Shown here: positions 50,440 to 61,100 of the stretch, piece by piece
Position numbering within the stretch: position 1 is the stretch's first letter
Layout: every line of letters starts with the position of its first letter
Assembly (NCBI GenBank): GCA_039588075.1
Contig: JBDHAL010000001.1
Location: forward strand, 7,027 to 71,026
Direction of reading: 5' to 3'
Length of the DNA: 64,000 bases
Source: Gemmatimonadota bacterium
Lineage (GTDB): Bacteria > Gemmatimonadota > Gemmatimonadetes > Palauibacterales > KS3-K002
The notes under the pieces: model-generated
Databases searched by the model: none
What the model was told of the DNA's origin: nothing
The model's input: the letters and a program-made list of their open reading frames with translations, nothing else
Made by a program: the position numbers and the translations under genes

Positions 50440-51030
50440 GTGAGAGAGAACGCTACTGGTTCTGGACGCGTTTCCATCCGTCGCATGGCTCTGGCGGTTG
50501 GCCTGATCCTCTGCACGGTGGCGGCCGCCGCCGGTCAGGGGCTCACGCTCGAGCAACAACGTTATTTCCTGGCCTGCCAGCTGTCGCTGAACGTCACGGA
50601 GACAGACTATGCCGTCATCTCCGACTACAGCGTGGCGTCGGGCACGCAGGAGCGCTGGCAAGGCTACCAGGGGTTCCGTTCGGTCAGCGAAGACGAGTTC
50701 TTCATGGCCGCCGGGTACGTTGAGGAGGCATCACTGGCGCGGCGCCACCAACAGGAGTACCGGGCGACGTCCATCGGCGGTGTCTTCGCCACCGTTCTCG
50801 GCGTCGCGATCATGCTCGGGGGAGAGGGTGAAGCGGCAATCCTGGGAGGCGGCGTTCTGGCGGCGATAGGCGCCGGAGTCGTCGGCTACGCCAACCACCG
50901 CCTCGATCGCAACTGGGCGCCATACGCGCTCGCCGCCGAGGCGGCGGACCAATACAATGCGGAGCTGCGGCGGCAGCTACCCGGCGATCTGAACCGGCAG
51001 TCGAGCTTCGACTGCCCGCGGGTTCGGTAA
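50440..51030 (+). CDS. hypothetical secreted/membrane protein
   Basis: Signal-like segment MALAVGLILCTVAAAAGQG and a Gly-rich TM segment. The start may be at 50485. Confidence 0.45.
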   Translation: MRENATGSGRVSIRRMALAVGLILCTVAAAAGQGLTLEQQRYFLACQLSLNVTETDYAVISDYSVASGTQERWQGYQGFRSVSEDEFFMAAGYVEEASLARRHQQEYRATSIGGVFATVLGVAIMLGGEGEAAILGGGVLAAIGAGVVGYANHRLDRNWAPYALAAEAADQYNAELRRQLPGDLNRQSSFDCPRVR

Positions 51031-51075
51031 CTGAAGAATCGGTGACCGGTAACCGGTAACCGGTAACAGAATAGT
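51028..51075. repeat. GGTGACCGGTAACCGGTAACCGGTAAC tandem/palindromic repeat (same family as 12262-12360)
   Basis: ggtaactgaagaatcggtgaccggtaaccggtaaccggtaacagaatag. Confidence 0.4.
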
Positions 51076-51192
51076 CAAATACCGCGTTAGGGAGGGCGCG
51101 GCGGTCCCCGCCGCGCCCGACCGCTCTTGACGCGCCATGGCGCTGTCCGCATTATCGCCCCCGTCAGCCCCATCAAAACGGAGCTTCATCAC

Positions 51193-51885
51193 ATGAAGAA
51201 ACTGATCGGAGTCGTGGTATTGGCGCTGATCGCCGCGCCGCTGGTGAGACCCGCGGCGGCACAGACGGTCTACGGCGCCCGGGGAGGGCTGAACATCGCG
51301 ACCATCGGCGGCGACGCGGACCTCGATTCGCGGCTCGGGATCTACGTCGGCGTCTTCGCCGGCTTGGGTTTCGGCGAGTTCTGGAGCCTGCAGCCGGAGC
51401 TGGCGTTCTCGCAAAAGGGGATGAAGGACTTCATCTCGCGCGCGGACCCGGACAACCCCGGTCAGGGAATAGTCGGCGACAGAACGGTGACCATGAACTA
51501 CCTGGAGCTGCAGGTCCCGCTCGTGCTGACGCCGAAGATCGACTCCGAGATGTTCAAGTTTCGCCTGTACGGCGGTGCGACGATCGCGTACATGCTGAGC
51601 TGCAGCACCAAGCTGGAAGACCCGTTTCTGAGCAACAGTTTTTCCTGCGACGAGAATACCGACCTGATCGACCCACCTGGCCCCGCTTTCACATTGATAA
51701 GTAGCTTCGACTACGGGGTGGTGCTGGGCGCTGGCCTCGATATCGGGTCGGGACCGAGCGTGTTTTCGATCGACGTTCGCTACGATGCCGGGCTCGCCGA
51801 CATTCACGATGTCAATCAAGGGGCCAAGCTGAAGAACCAGGTCTACCAGCTCTTGATCGGATACGCGCACCGCAAGATGCCCTGA
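51193..51885 (+). CDS. outer-membrane beta-barrel protein (PorT/OmpA-like beta-barrel family)
   Basis: Signal peptide MKKLIGVVVLALIAAPLVRPAAAQ. The alternating beta-strand pattern ends in an aromatic-rich C-terminus. Confidence 0.7.
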   Translation: MKKLIGVVVLALIAAPLVRPAAAQTVYGARGGLNIATIGGDADLDSRLGIYVGVFAGLGFGEFWSLQPELAFSQKGMKDFISRADPDNPGQGIVGDRTVTMNYLELQVPLVLTPKIDSEMFKFRLYGGATIAYMLSCSTKLEDPFLSNSFSCDENTDLIDPPGPAFTLISSFDYGVVLGAGLDIGSGPSVFSIDVRYDAGLADIHDVNQGAKLKNQVYQLLIGYAHRKMP

Positions 51886-51925
51886 ACCAGCGGCGCGGGG
51901 CCGGCGCGAGCCGGCCCCTTTTCAT

Positions 51926-53092
51926 CTACTCCGCAGCGACTAATCGATAGACGCGCCCGTTAGCCGACAAGATGTAGAGCTCTCCGGATGAATCCTGCCC
52001 GAGGGAGAGAACGCGCCCGATATCGCCCACGTCCCAATCTTTCTCGTCCATGATCGAGTTGCCGAGCAACCTGAAGCTGCGCAGAAAGCCGCTGCAGTGG
52101 TCGGAGTAAAAGTAGTGGCCGCGGATCGCCGGGATGCCGCTGCCTCGATACGCGTAGCCGCCGGTGATGGAACACCCCTCGGAGTGCCCGTACTCGAGCA
52201 CGGGCAGGACCAAGCCCGAGGTGTCGCAGGGATCGGCTGCAAAACAGTGCCGGCCCTCCATGATGTTCCACCCGTAGTTCGCGCCGCCCAGGTCGTCCGG
52301 TACCGCGCTGACCTCTTCCCAAGCGTTTTGGCCTACATCGGCCACGTATAGCACGCCGCTCGTTTCATCGAACGAGAAGCGCCACGGGTTGCGGAGACCG
52401 TATGCCCAGATCTCGTCGCGGCCCGCGACGCCGACATACGGGTTATCCCCAGGGATCGCATACGGGTTACCCCCGTCCACATCGATACGCAGTAACGTGC
52501 CGAGCAGTGTGCCCACGTTCTGGCCGTTTCCCTGCGGGTCACCGCCGCCGCCTCCGTCGCCCAACCCGACGTAGAGCATTCCGTCCGGTCCAAACTCGAT
52601 CTGACCGCCGTTGTGATTGACGAACGGTTGCTCCAGCGTAAAGATCACTCTATTCGCCAGCGGCTCCGCGACATTCGGATCGGCGCTCGCGCTGTAGCGT
52701 TCGATTCGTGTGTCACCGTCGGGCTGAGAACTGTAGCTCACGTAGAAGAACCCGTTCGATGCATACCCAGGATGAAACGCCATGCCGAGCAGGCCCCGCT
52801 CGCCGCCGCTGCGCACGCTATCGCTGATATCCAGGAATGGCTCGCTCAGCAACTCGCCGTTCCCGATGATCCTGATTCGGCCCGGCTGCTCGACCACGAA
52901 CAGTCGCGCATCGCCGACCGGTGCCGTTAGATAGAGCGGGCTCTCTAGCCCCCCGGCAGTGACCTCTACCGCGAGCCCAACTTCGTTGATAGGTGGCCCG
53001 TCGCCGTTCGACCCATCACCGGGCTCCGTCGAATCCGAACATCCGGCGATCGCCAAGAATCCCAACAGCAACATCAACAAACTCGGCATCAT
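51926..53092 (-). CDS. PQQ-dependent sugar dehydrogenase (soluble glucose/sorbosone dehydrogenase family) lipoprotein
   Basis: GSDH-B-type beta-propeller motifs (HNGGQIEFGPDGMLYVGLGDGG, NYGWN). Start at MMPSLLMLLLGFLAIAGCS with a GGGGAGG RBS. Confidence 0.8.
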   Translation of the reverse strand: MMPSLLMLLLGFLAIAGCSDSTEPGDGSNGDGPPINEVGLAVEVTAGGLESPLYLTAPVGDARLFVVEQPGRIRIIGNGELLSEPFLDISDSVRSGGERGLLGMAFHPGYASNGFFYVSYSSQPDGDTRIERYSASADPNVAEPLANRVIFTLEQPFVNHNGGQIEFGPDGMLYVGLGDGGGGGDPQGNGQNVGTLLGTLLRIDVDGGNPYAIPGDNPYVGVAGRDEIWAYGLRNPWRFSFDETSGVLYVADVGQNAWEEVSAVPDDLGGANYGWNIMEGRHCFAADPCDTSGLVLPVLEYGHSEGCSITGGYAYRGSGIPAIRGHYFYSDHCSGFLRSFRLLGNSIMDEKDWDVGDIGRVLSLGQDSSGELYILSANGRVYRLVAAE

Positions 53093-53216
53093 CCTCCCCG
53101 CGTTATCCCTCTTACTTCTACTCGTAGTCGTATCCGTACTCCTGTCTCGGATGCGGCCGCTCACGATTGCGACGAGTAGGAGTACGAGTACGAGTAGGAG
53201 TACGAGTAGGGACCGA

Positions 53217-53675
53217 TCAGTCGGAGTCTGTTGAACTCCGATCGGCAGAAGCCGCGCCGGTCTGGACCAAGCGGCCCAACACGAACAACTGAACGCAGAT
53301 CACCACGACAATCGTCGCCCACGCCGCCACCTCCCACCAACCTTCCAAGCGCAGAAAACCGAAGGCGACTGCCGCAATGGCCAGCGTGAACCAGAGCGCG
53401 GCGAAGAAGCCGAAGACCGAAGTCGAAAGATAGCTGGCCATGCGCGCCTGGTGACGTCGTCGTATCACGTAGACCCGGGCCTGGGTGAACGCGTACAGAG
53501 TGCAGAAGATCGCGAAGAACCAACGGCTGAGGAAACCGACCGCGGCATCGAGCGCACCGCTGGCCGGGATGAGGAGGGCGAGCGCGAAGGCACCGATGGT
53601 GGCCACCAGGACGATGACCGTTATCGACGTCTGCTTGCGCTTGTCCACGCCTGTGGGTCCGCCGGGATTATCCAT
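53217..53675 (-). CDS. hypothetical small membrane protein (4 TM)
   Basis: Four hydrophobic helices. It overlaps the upstream TonB-dependent receptor gene end by a few nt. Confidence 0.5.
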   Translation of the reverse strand: MDNPGGPTGVDKRKQTSITVIVLVATIGAFALALLIPASGALDAAVGFLSRWFFAIFCTLYAFTQARVYVIRRRHQARMASYLSTSVFGFFAALWFTLAIAAVAFGFLRLEGWWEVAAWATIVVVICVQLFVLGRLVQTGAASADRSSTDSD

Positions 53676-53681
53676 GTCGAC

Positions 53682-55685
53682 TCAGAAGATACTCATTTGC
53701 AGCAGCAGCCGCCGCCCGGGCTGCGGTAGCCCGCACTGATCGTAGGCTATGGCGTCGGTCGAGTTGGTCACGCCAGCCAGCAACTCCATTCGCCGCCCCG
53801 AATAGGAACTTCCCAGGTTGAAGCCGTAGCCCAGCTCGACGTTCGCCCAGGTGTCCGCCCCGAGGCGCAGGTCGCGATCGAAATCGGGGTGCACACAGTA
53901 GCGCGGCCCCAGATGCTCGACGCGTCCGGAGGCCCAGAAGCCGGAACCCAGGACCGCCTTCAGCCCCAAGCCGCCGGCGATCCAAGGCTGGTACTCGGGT
54001 TCGCGCTGTCCGACTGGCTCGCTCGGATCCTCCTGAGTAACATCCTTGATCGTCAGGTCGCCCGCCAACGTGAAGCGTGTCCAAGAATAGCTAGCCAGGA
54101 TCTCTAATCCCAGACTACGGATGATCTCCCGGTTCTGCCGCTGCAACCTGCCGTCGCCCAGGCTGACACGAACGATGGCATCGCTGAGGCGCTGGAAAAA
54201 ACCCACCGCCTGCGCCTCGAGGCCGCCGAGTTGACCGGTTACGCCCAGCTCGCCGACAAACAGCACCTCTGGATTCAACGCCGGATTCACCTCGAATCGG
54301 CCCAGCGCGCCGGAGTAGAGCTCGCGCAGGGCCGGGAAGCGAACGCGCCGGCTCACTCCGCCGTGCAACAGGAAGTTGCCCTCTCCCAGCAGCTGGGTTA
54401 CGCCGGCCCGCGCTCCCCAGGCAAGGATGGGATCGCGCGGCGGCGCCCCACCGGTCTCCGGCGTATCGGCACCATCGAGGCTCGCGCCGATGCTCACCCG
54501 GGTCCGCGACGACGCGCCGCCTAGTGGCTGCTCCGTCTCGAGTCCGAAGCTCCAGAGGCGTTGCCTGTAGGTGAGAGGGTTCGCGCCAGCCTGCGTATCG
54601 ATATGGCGGGTCTCCGCGAAAGTGAAGGCGCCGCGAAGGATTCCCATCTTCAGAGTGTGGTCGCCCAGCAGGCGGAAGGTTCGGGTCCGATCTTCACCCC
54701 GCTCACCGCCGGTGATCGAATCGTAGGCGAAGCTCTCGTAAGTATCGATTTCCGTTTCGCCGAAGTCGAGACCGACGCTCGCCTCGAGGTCGCCCTCACC
54801 CCACGGAGTATCACGCCAACCGGTCCCACCCGAGATCGCTGTCACCCAGCGCCACGTGGTCGGATACCGCCACAGTCGCGGCTCCTCCACGTTCAGTTCG
54901 GGTGGCACGCCTCTTTCCGCCTGGAACCCGAACGTTGAAAGCGATACCCAGAGACCATCTTCGACCTGGTAACGGGCCGACAGGAAGGCATTTCCCAACT
55001 CGAAGTCGCTGTTCAGCCGTTCGTCGGCGACCGCGGGTGACGGCTGCGCCACTCCATCCGGCACGGGGTAGGCGGAACGATTCCTGTAGCCTCCACCGGC
55101 CCTGACCAGAAAGTCACTCGAGGCACCGCTAAACACCTTTGCCAGCCCGATGGCGATGGCGCTGCTGCCCAGTTGGTCGACACCAGCGGAGAATTGGAAA
55201 GGCGAAACGTCGAGCCGGATGTTCGGGCCATCGGCGATACCGACCAGCACCACTCCGCCGAGCGCGTTGGGACCATGCAACACGGAAGAGAGGCCGCGCA
55301 CGAGCGTGAGATTGCGTGCCGCGGTCACCGGAACGATCGACAGGTCGGTTCGATTGTCCCAGCCCAGCGTGAGCGGCACTCCATCTACGAGCACGGCGAC
55401 GCGCCTCGACTCCATCCCGCGGATCTGAGGCTGAGCCTCTCCCCTCGAATTCTCGCGGATCAGGATGAGCGGTGACTGGCGCAGCACGTCGGAAAGCGAC
55501 GGCGACGGGCCCACTGCCAGTGAGTCGAGCGCGATACTAATCGCTGCCGCGCCACCCGCCGTCGCCACCGGCCGAGCCACGCTGACCTTGATCTCCTCTA
55601 TCCTGTACACGCTGTCGGGCGGCGGGACGGTGTCCCTCTCTTCCTGAGCCGCAGCCACCGCGGGCAACAAGAACGCCGCCAGCAT
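53682..55685 (-). CDS. TonB-dependent outer-membrane receptor
   Basis: Plug domain (LVDGVPL), beta-barrel repeats and a C-terminal QMSIF. Start chosen at MLAAFLLPAVAAAQ, the signal peptide. Confidence 0.8.
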   Translation of the reverse strand: MLAAFLLPAVAAAQEERDTVPPPDSVYRIEEIKVSVARPVATAGGAAAISIALDSLAVGPSPSLSDVLRQSPLILIRENSRGEAQPQIRGMESRRVAVLVDGVPLTLGWDNRTDLSIVPVTAARNLTLVRGLSSVLHGPNALGGVVLVGIADGPNIRLDVSPFQFSAGVDQLGSSAIAIGLAKVFSGASSDFLVRAGGGYRNRSAYPVPDGVAQPSPAVADERLNSDFELGNAFLSARYQVEDGLWVSLSTFGFQAERGVPPELNVEEPRLWRYPTTWRWVTAISGGTGWRDTPWGEGDLEASVGLDFGETEIDTYESFAYDSITGGERGEDRTRTFRLLGDHTLKMGILRGAFTFAETRHIDTQAGANPLTYRQRLWSFGLETEQPLGGASSRTRVSIGASLDGADTPETGGAPPRDPILAWGARAGVTQLLGEGNFLLHGGVSRRVRFPALRELYSGALGRFEVNPALNPEVLFVGELGVTGQLGGLEAQAVGFFQRLSDAIVRVSLGDGRLQRQNREIIRSLGLEILASYSWTRFTLAGDLTIKDVTQEDPSEPVGQREPEYQPWIAGGLGLKAVLGSGFWASGRVEHLGPRYCVHPDFDRDLRLGADTWANVELGYGFNLGSSYSGRRMELLAGVTNSTDAIAYDQCGLPQPGRRLLLQMSIF

Positions 55686-55820
55686 TGCCGATCCGGCGGC
55701 GTGTCGCCACACGGAGCGGCGCGCCGGCCTCAGCGCTACCCGCGATGCCAAACCCCACCTACTCCGCAAGATAGAAACAGCCTCCCGTTTTTCGGCCACT
55801 CCTTCGGCGGTACCTATTAT

Positions 55821-55862
55821 CCATACAAAACCCGGGGAGATTACATTCGCAACCTCCCCGGT
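55821..55862 (-). terminator. intrinsic terminator downstream of arsM
   Basis: On the minus strand: CCCGGGGAG, loop gttgcgaatgtaat, CTCCCCGGG, then UUUUGUAUGG. Confidence 0.5.
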
Positions 55863-55899
55863 GGCAACGGCCGAGCCGAGCGAGCGGACTAGCCTGCGC

Positions 55900-56718
55900 T
55901 CAGACCGGACGACTCGCCCGGACAAACGCCGAGGCGAATTTCCCCTCGGCCAACCAGCTATCCTCCACCTCGATTCCGAAGTCCCGGCCGAGCTTCTTCA
56001 GCTCCTCACCCTCATAAACCCGGGTGATCTCTACATCAATATCTACGAAGCCCGAGTCGGCAAGTTTCGATCGGTACTCGTCCTCGTGCAACGCACCCGC
56101 TATGCAGCCGCTCCACGCCTCGATGCTCCGACGGAGCGTCTCCGGAATCCGACCCTGGAATACGACGTCCGATACCGCGAAGCGGCCGCCCGGCCGCAGC
56201 ACTCTGAACGCCTCACGCAGCACCCCGTCCTTGTCTGGTGACAGGTTGATCACGCAGTTCGAGATGATCACATCCACACTCTCGTCCGGAAGCGGCACCT
56301 CCTCGATCGTACCCTTCAAGAACTCCGCGTTCTCGATCCCCGCCTCGCGCTGGTTGCCGCGCGCCAGCTCCAGCATCTCGTCCGTCATGTCCAGCCCGTA
56401 TGCTTTTCCTTCAGGGCCCACGCGCCGCGCCGACAGCAACACGTCGATCCCGCCGCCCGAACCCAGGTCCAGGACCACCTCGCCCGGATTCAACTCCGTC
56501 AACGCCGTTGGGTTCCCACAACCCAGCGACGCCAGCGCCGCCGCGTCCGGTACCTCCGCCAACTCGTTCGCCGAGTATAGGTCCCGCGTTATTACGCTCT
56601 TCTCCGACCCGCAGCACTCCGTCGGCCCACAGCAGCTCGCCTGCCGCGAGTCTCCGACCGTCCGCGCCGCCGCAGCGTAACGCTCTCTTACAGCCTCTCT
56701 GACTTTCTGGTCACTCAT
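55900..56718 (-). CDS. arsM: arsenite S-adenosylmethionine methyltransferase (ArsM-like)
   Basis: SAM-binding motif (VLDLGSGGG) and conserved Cys residues (CCGPTECCG ... SGC). Start at MSDQKV with a GGAGAG RBS; upstream ORF sequence is repeat-derived. Confidence 0.8.
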   Translation of the reverse strand: MSDQKVREAVRERYAAAARTVGDSRQASCCGPTECCGSEKSVITRDLYSANELAEVPDAAALASLGCGNPTALTELNPGEVVLDLGSGGGIDVLLSARRVGPEGKAYGLDMTDEMLELARGNQREAGIENAEFLKGTIEEVPLPDESVDVIISNCVINLSPDKDGVLREAFRVLRPGGRFAVSDVVFQGRIPETLRRSIEAWSGCIAGALHEDEYRSKLADSGFVDIDVEITRVYEGEELKKLGRDFGIEVEDSWLAEGKFASAFVRASRPV

Positions 56719-56732
56719 TGTTCTCTCCGTTG

Positions 56733-56787
56733 CCGTTTTCTCGTTTCTCGCTGTCGTTGTCGTTGTCATTGTCGACATAGTCCCTAC
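56733..56787. repeat. half copy of the (GTCGTT)n-GAGAAACGAG palindromic element, copy 3, between arsM and marR
   Basis: ttctcgtttctcgctgtcgttgtcgttgtcattgtcgacatagtccctacc. Confidence 0.5.
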
Positions 56788-57323
56788 CGCTCTTCTTGCC
56801 CCGGGAGCGGGACGCTGCAGCAGCTCCCGCCACCCGCCACGATCCAGGACGCCGCCGCCTCGGACAGCCGCCCGATCAACTGCACCATCGATTCCCGAAC
56901 CTCATGATCGAAATCCGACAGCAGCATCCGCTCCTGGGCCAGCATCTCCTTCTCGATCAAACCCTGCAGCCCGGCCCCCGCCTTCGTCACGCTCAACCGC
57001 ACCGCACGACCATCCTCCGGGTGCCGCGCCCGCTCCACATAGCCTTTCCGCTCCAGCGCGTTCACCACCCGGCTCGCCGTGCTCTTGTCCAGGTACAGCT
57101 CCGCCGCCAGCTCGTTCAGCGTCAGGTCCCCCTTGCCCACCAGGATCTCCAACGCCCACGACTGCGTCACCGATATGTCGTGACAGCAGATCCGGTCCCG
57201 GTCGCGGAACTGGTACACGCGCTTGAGCTCCTGCAGGACTCCGTGCAGCGCCGCCGTATCCGCATCCAGCACACGGGCGGCCTGCCTCTCGTGTTGCGGT
57301 TTGGAAGCTGTCGTCCCAGCCAT
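56784..57323 (-). CDS. MarR-family transcriptional regulator (Cys-rich; likely metalloid-responsive)
   Basis: MarR winged helix (LTLNELAAELYLDKSTASRVVNALERKGYV) with paired Cys residues (ICC, SCCS). Start at MAGTTASKPQ. Confidence 0.7.
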   Translation of the reverse strand: MAGTTASKPQHERQAARVLDADTAALHGVLQELKRVYQFRDRDRICCHDISVTQSWALEILVGKGDLTLNELAAELYLDKSTASRVVNALERKGYVERARHPEDGRAVRLSVTKAGAGLQGLIEKEMLAQERMLLSDFDHEVRESMVQLIGRLSEAAASWIVAGGGSCCSVPLPGQEER

Positions 57324-57332
57324 AGCGCACCT

Positions 57333-57416
57333 ATTGTTGTTAGTGCCAATGTTGTCACTCACAACAGTAACGCCCACACTCTTATTTGTCAACACCCCGG
57401 GGGGGCGGGGGGGGGC
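57333..57416. promoter_or_regulatory. divergent control region: operator-like palindrome TTGTTGTTAGTG...CACTCACAACAG plus a G7-C-G9 homopolymer tract
   Basis: Inverted repeat at 57333-57370; poly-G tract ccccgggggggcgggggggggc at 57395-57416. Confidence 0.35.
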
Positions 57417-57497
57417 ACGCCGCCTTATTGACGCCCTGCCTGGCAACGCCCAACTTGCCCCAAATTCATAGGATCCTACAAGCGAGGGAGGGGCCTG

Positions 57498-57992
57498 ATG
57501 AGAAGACTTTTACTAGCTGCTAGCTTTTCGCTGTTCGCGCTGACGCCGGGCGCGCTTAACGCTCAGGTGGCGTTGGGCGGGCAACTCAACTGGGGTTTCA
57601 GCGATGCCGACGCCGGAGTGGGCGCCCGAATCTCGGGCATGGCGGTCCGCAACTATGGTCTCGAGCTCATGGGTAGTTTTGATTACTTCTTCCCCGGCGA
57701 TAATGTCGACTACTGGGAGGTCAACCTGAACTTCGCCTATGCGATCCCCGGGGTAACCAGCACTGAGATCGAGCCGTACGCGGGTGCCGGGATCAACATT
57801 GCCAATGCGTCGGTAGACGTGGGCGGCGCAGTGGGTACGGCATCGAATACCGACGTGGGCGCGAACCTGTTGGCCGGCATAAAGTACCCGATCGGCAACG
57901 CGATGACGTTTGGCGAAGTGCGACTCGAGCTGGGAGGCGGCGAGCAGTTCGTGGTCACGGGCGGGGTGATGTTCAACGTCTGGTCGCCTTAG
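57498..57992 (+). CDS. small outer-membrane beta-barrel protein (OmpW/porin-like)
   Basis: Signal peptide; alternating beta-strands; C-terminus ends MFNVWSP. Confidence 0.6.
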   Translation: MRRLLLAASFSLFALTPGALNAQVALGGQLNWGFSDADAGVGARISGMAVRNYGLELMGSFDYFFPGDNVDYWEVNLNFAYAIPGVTSTEIEPYAGAGINIANASVDVGGAVGTASNTDVGANLLAGIKYPIGNAMTFGEVRLELGGGEQFVVTGGVMFNVWSP

Positions 57993-58028
57993 CTGCGGGT
58001 TGTTGAGGTCGGCGGTCAGTGAGAAGAC

Positions 58029-58157
58029 CCCGACAAAGACAACGATAACGACAACGACAACGACAACGACAGCGAGAAACGAGAAGCGAGCGCTCCGAAC
58101 AACAGTGCCGTTTTCTGGTTTCTCGCTGTCGTTGTCGTTATCGAAATAGTCCCTACC
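58029..58157. repeat. palindromic (AACGAC)n-GAGAAACGAGAAGCGAG element, copy 4, immediately 3' of the second BNR paralog
   Basis: gacaaagacaacgataacgacaacgacaacgacaacgacagcgagaaacgagaagcgag | ...ttctggtttctcgctgtcgttgtcgttatcgaaatagtccctaccc. Confidence 0.65.
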
Positions 58158-58164
58158 CTATTTC

Positions 58165-61100
58165 CTAGCGCGACGGAACCTGAAGCTCCTCCTTCGGCTT
58201 GAGGAACTCGAGGTTCGCCGCCTCGACCTGGCCTCTGAACGCGGCGACATCCTCACCGAACACGCGATTGATCTCGGCAACGACCTCCTGCAGCTCCGCC
58301 TCGGCCTGAGCCAGGTAGGTCTGCTGCGCGCCGGTGGGGGCATCCCACGAAGAATTGAGCGAGCCGTACACATACCGGATCTTGGAGAACACGGTGGTAT
58401 CGGCCACGATCCCCTTCGTGGTTCCCGGCGGGACCCAGAACCGCTCCTCCAGCTGCGTGAGCGTCCTGTTCAGGCTACGCCCCGCCGTCATCAACTCCTC
58501 GTTTCCATTATCGTCGCCGTTCGAGCCCTGGCCGTTCGTCGCCGTGGTCGTTTCCGGCTCGTCACTCCTTGCCATCTGGAGGACATCGTCGACCTCGGTG
58601 CGCGTCTGACGGATGCGTTCGATCGCCCCGGTCGCCACTTCCTGTAGCGCGCCGGCGTGCATGATGGCATCGAACTTCGCCACCCGTACGGCGTGCGGGA
58701 TATCGAAGCGCGGGTCGGCCAAGACGTTGAGGCTGCCACTGACTTCGTGGTCACCGTACTTGATCTTGACCGTGTAGGCGCCCGGCAGGACCTCGGGGCC
58801 ACCGCCACCGCCGAAGAAGCCACCACCACCCTGGCCAGTGCTGGGCCGCTCGAAGCCGTCGCGCCGCAGGTTCCAGAAGGCGCGGTTCACTCCCAGCTTC
58901 ACCGGGCTCTGGAAGGTACGTATCACTTCGCCGTCCGAGTCGCTGATCTCTATGTCGACCTGCGGCCCGCTGGATCGAGCCCCGGGTCCACCAAAGCCAC
59001 CCGGGCCACCGCGACCGCCCGCGCCCCGGCGAGCCGCCGGCCCGCGAGCCGGCTGTTCCTCGGTTTCGCCGGCCTCGCGCCGCGCGGCCTTGCGCTGGCG
59101 CTCGATCTCGTCATTGGGATGCTCGAGATCGTCGGCGTTGAGTGAGAAGGTGAGCATCGCACCGTAGCGGCGGTTCTCACCCCGGTACTCGCCGTTACCC
59201 GGGAAGCGCGAGGCGCCGGTCTGTTTGACCCGGTACTGCTGCGCATCGGGCATGGCGAACAGGTGGATCGGCTCGGCCATCGTCTCGGCCGAAATGCTGC
59301 GTAGCGGGCTGATGTCGTCCAGCACGTAGGCCGCGCGCCCGTGCGTCCCGATCACCAGGTCGTTCTCCCGCGGGTGCACGACCAACGCCATCGCCGAAAC
59401 CGTCGGGAAGCCGTGGGTCCACTTCACCCACTGCGCACCGCCATTGACGCTGACGTAAAGGCCGAACTCGGTGCCGAGGAAAAGCAGGTCTTCCTTCACC
59501 GGGTCCTGCTCGATGACGAGGGTGTAGCCCCACAGGTCGTCGGTGGCCAGGCTCTTCCAGCTCTTCCCGTAATTGCTCGTCACGTAGACGTAAGGAGTCC
59601 AATCCGAGCGCCGGTGGTTGTCGAACACGATGTAGGCCGTCGCCGGGTCGTACTTCGACGGCTCGATGTGCGGGACCCAGCTGTTCTCGGGCACGCCCTT
59701 GATGTTGGCCTGGACGCTCTGCCAGCTCGCGCCGCCGTCCTGTGTCACGTGCACGCGGCCGTCGTCGGTGCCGGCCCAGATCACGCCGCGCTCCAAAGCG
59801 CTCGGCGCGATCGTCATGATCGTCGTGAAGTTCTCGGCGCCGGTGACGTCCAGAGTCAGGCCGCCGCTCTCCGCCTGCTTCTGCCACTCGGGGTTGTTGG
59901 TGGTCAGGTCACCGCTGATCAGCGCCCAGTGGTCGCCCCGGTCGTTGGACTTGTGCACGAACTGACTGCCGTAATAGACGGTATTCGCATCGAACGGGTC
60001 GATGGCGATCGCCGCGTTCCAGTTGAAGCGCAGCGGCACGCCGTCGGGGTGCGCCGGCCGGACGTCCTTGCGCTCCCCCGTACGCAGGTCGTAGCGCCGC
60101 AGGAAACCCTCCTGACTCATCGAGTACCCGGCCATCGGTTCGTTGGGATCCGCCAGCACCGCGAAGCCGTCGCCGAAGCCAACCTCTTCCCAGTGGTGGT
60201 TGCGGATGCCGCCGTTCTCCCATACGGAGCTCGGGCCACGCCAGGATCCGTTGTCCTGCATTCCGCCCAGCACGTTGTACGGCTGTTCCATGTCAACGCT
60301 GATGTGGTAGAACTGAGCCAGCGGCAGGTTGAAGACGAAGCGCCAGGTTGTCCCGTAGTCTCGGCTCACGTAGACGCCGCCGTCGTTCCCATCGATGATG
60401 TGCGAGGGATCGCTCGGGTTGATCCACATGGCGTGGTGGTCGGGGTGAGGCCCACCGAAGTAGCCGCCCGGACTCTCGAAGTTCCTGCCCCCGTCCGTCG
60501 ATACGCTGATTCGCGACCACAGGCTGTAAACGCGGTTCGCGTCCTTGGGGTCGACGCGCAGGTCGGCGTAGTAAAAGGGACGGTTTCCGATGTTATCGCC
60601 GTCGCTCGCCATGCTCCAGCTGTAGCCGCCGTCTTCCGACTTGTAGAGGGCGTTTTCCTTCGCCTCGACCAGCGCGTACACGATGTTCGGGCTGGATGGC
60701 GCGATGGCGAGCCCCGTACGACCCAGCTCGCCTGCGGGCAACCCATCCTCCTCCGTCAGTTTCTTCCAGTTCCTGCCGCCATCCACCGTGAGGTAGATAC
60801 CCGAGCCGGGTCCGCCGGAGTTGAAGAACCACGGCCAGCGGCGGTACTCCCACATCGCCACGATCAGCTTGTTCGGGTTCGTGGGATCCATCTCCATGTC
60901 GGCGACGCCGGTCTTCTCGTCGATGTAGAGGATCTTGCTCCACGTCTTGCCGCCGTCCTCCGTCTTGTAGACGCCGCGCTCTGGGTTCTCGCCCCACAGC
61001 GCCCCCATCGCCGCCACGTAGGCGACGTCCGGATCGCTCGGGTCGAGGTAGATGCGGTGGATTCGCTCGGTCTTGTCGAGGCCCGCGTGGGTCCACGTCC

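Noticed and set aside
56719-56778. N-terminal extension MSTMTTTTTARNEKTATERT of the arsM ORF
   Set aside because: It is encoded by the (GTCGTT)n repeat. The real start with an RBS is MSDQKV at 56718.
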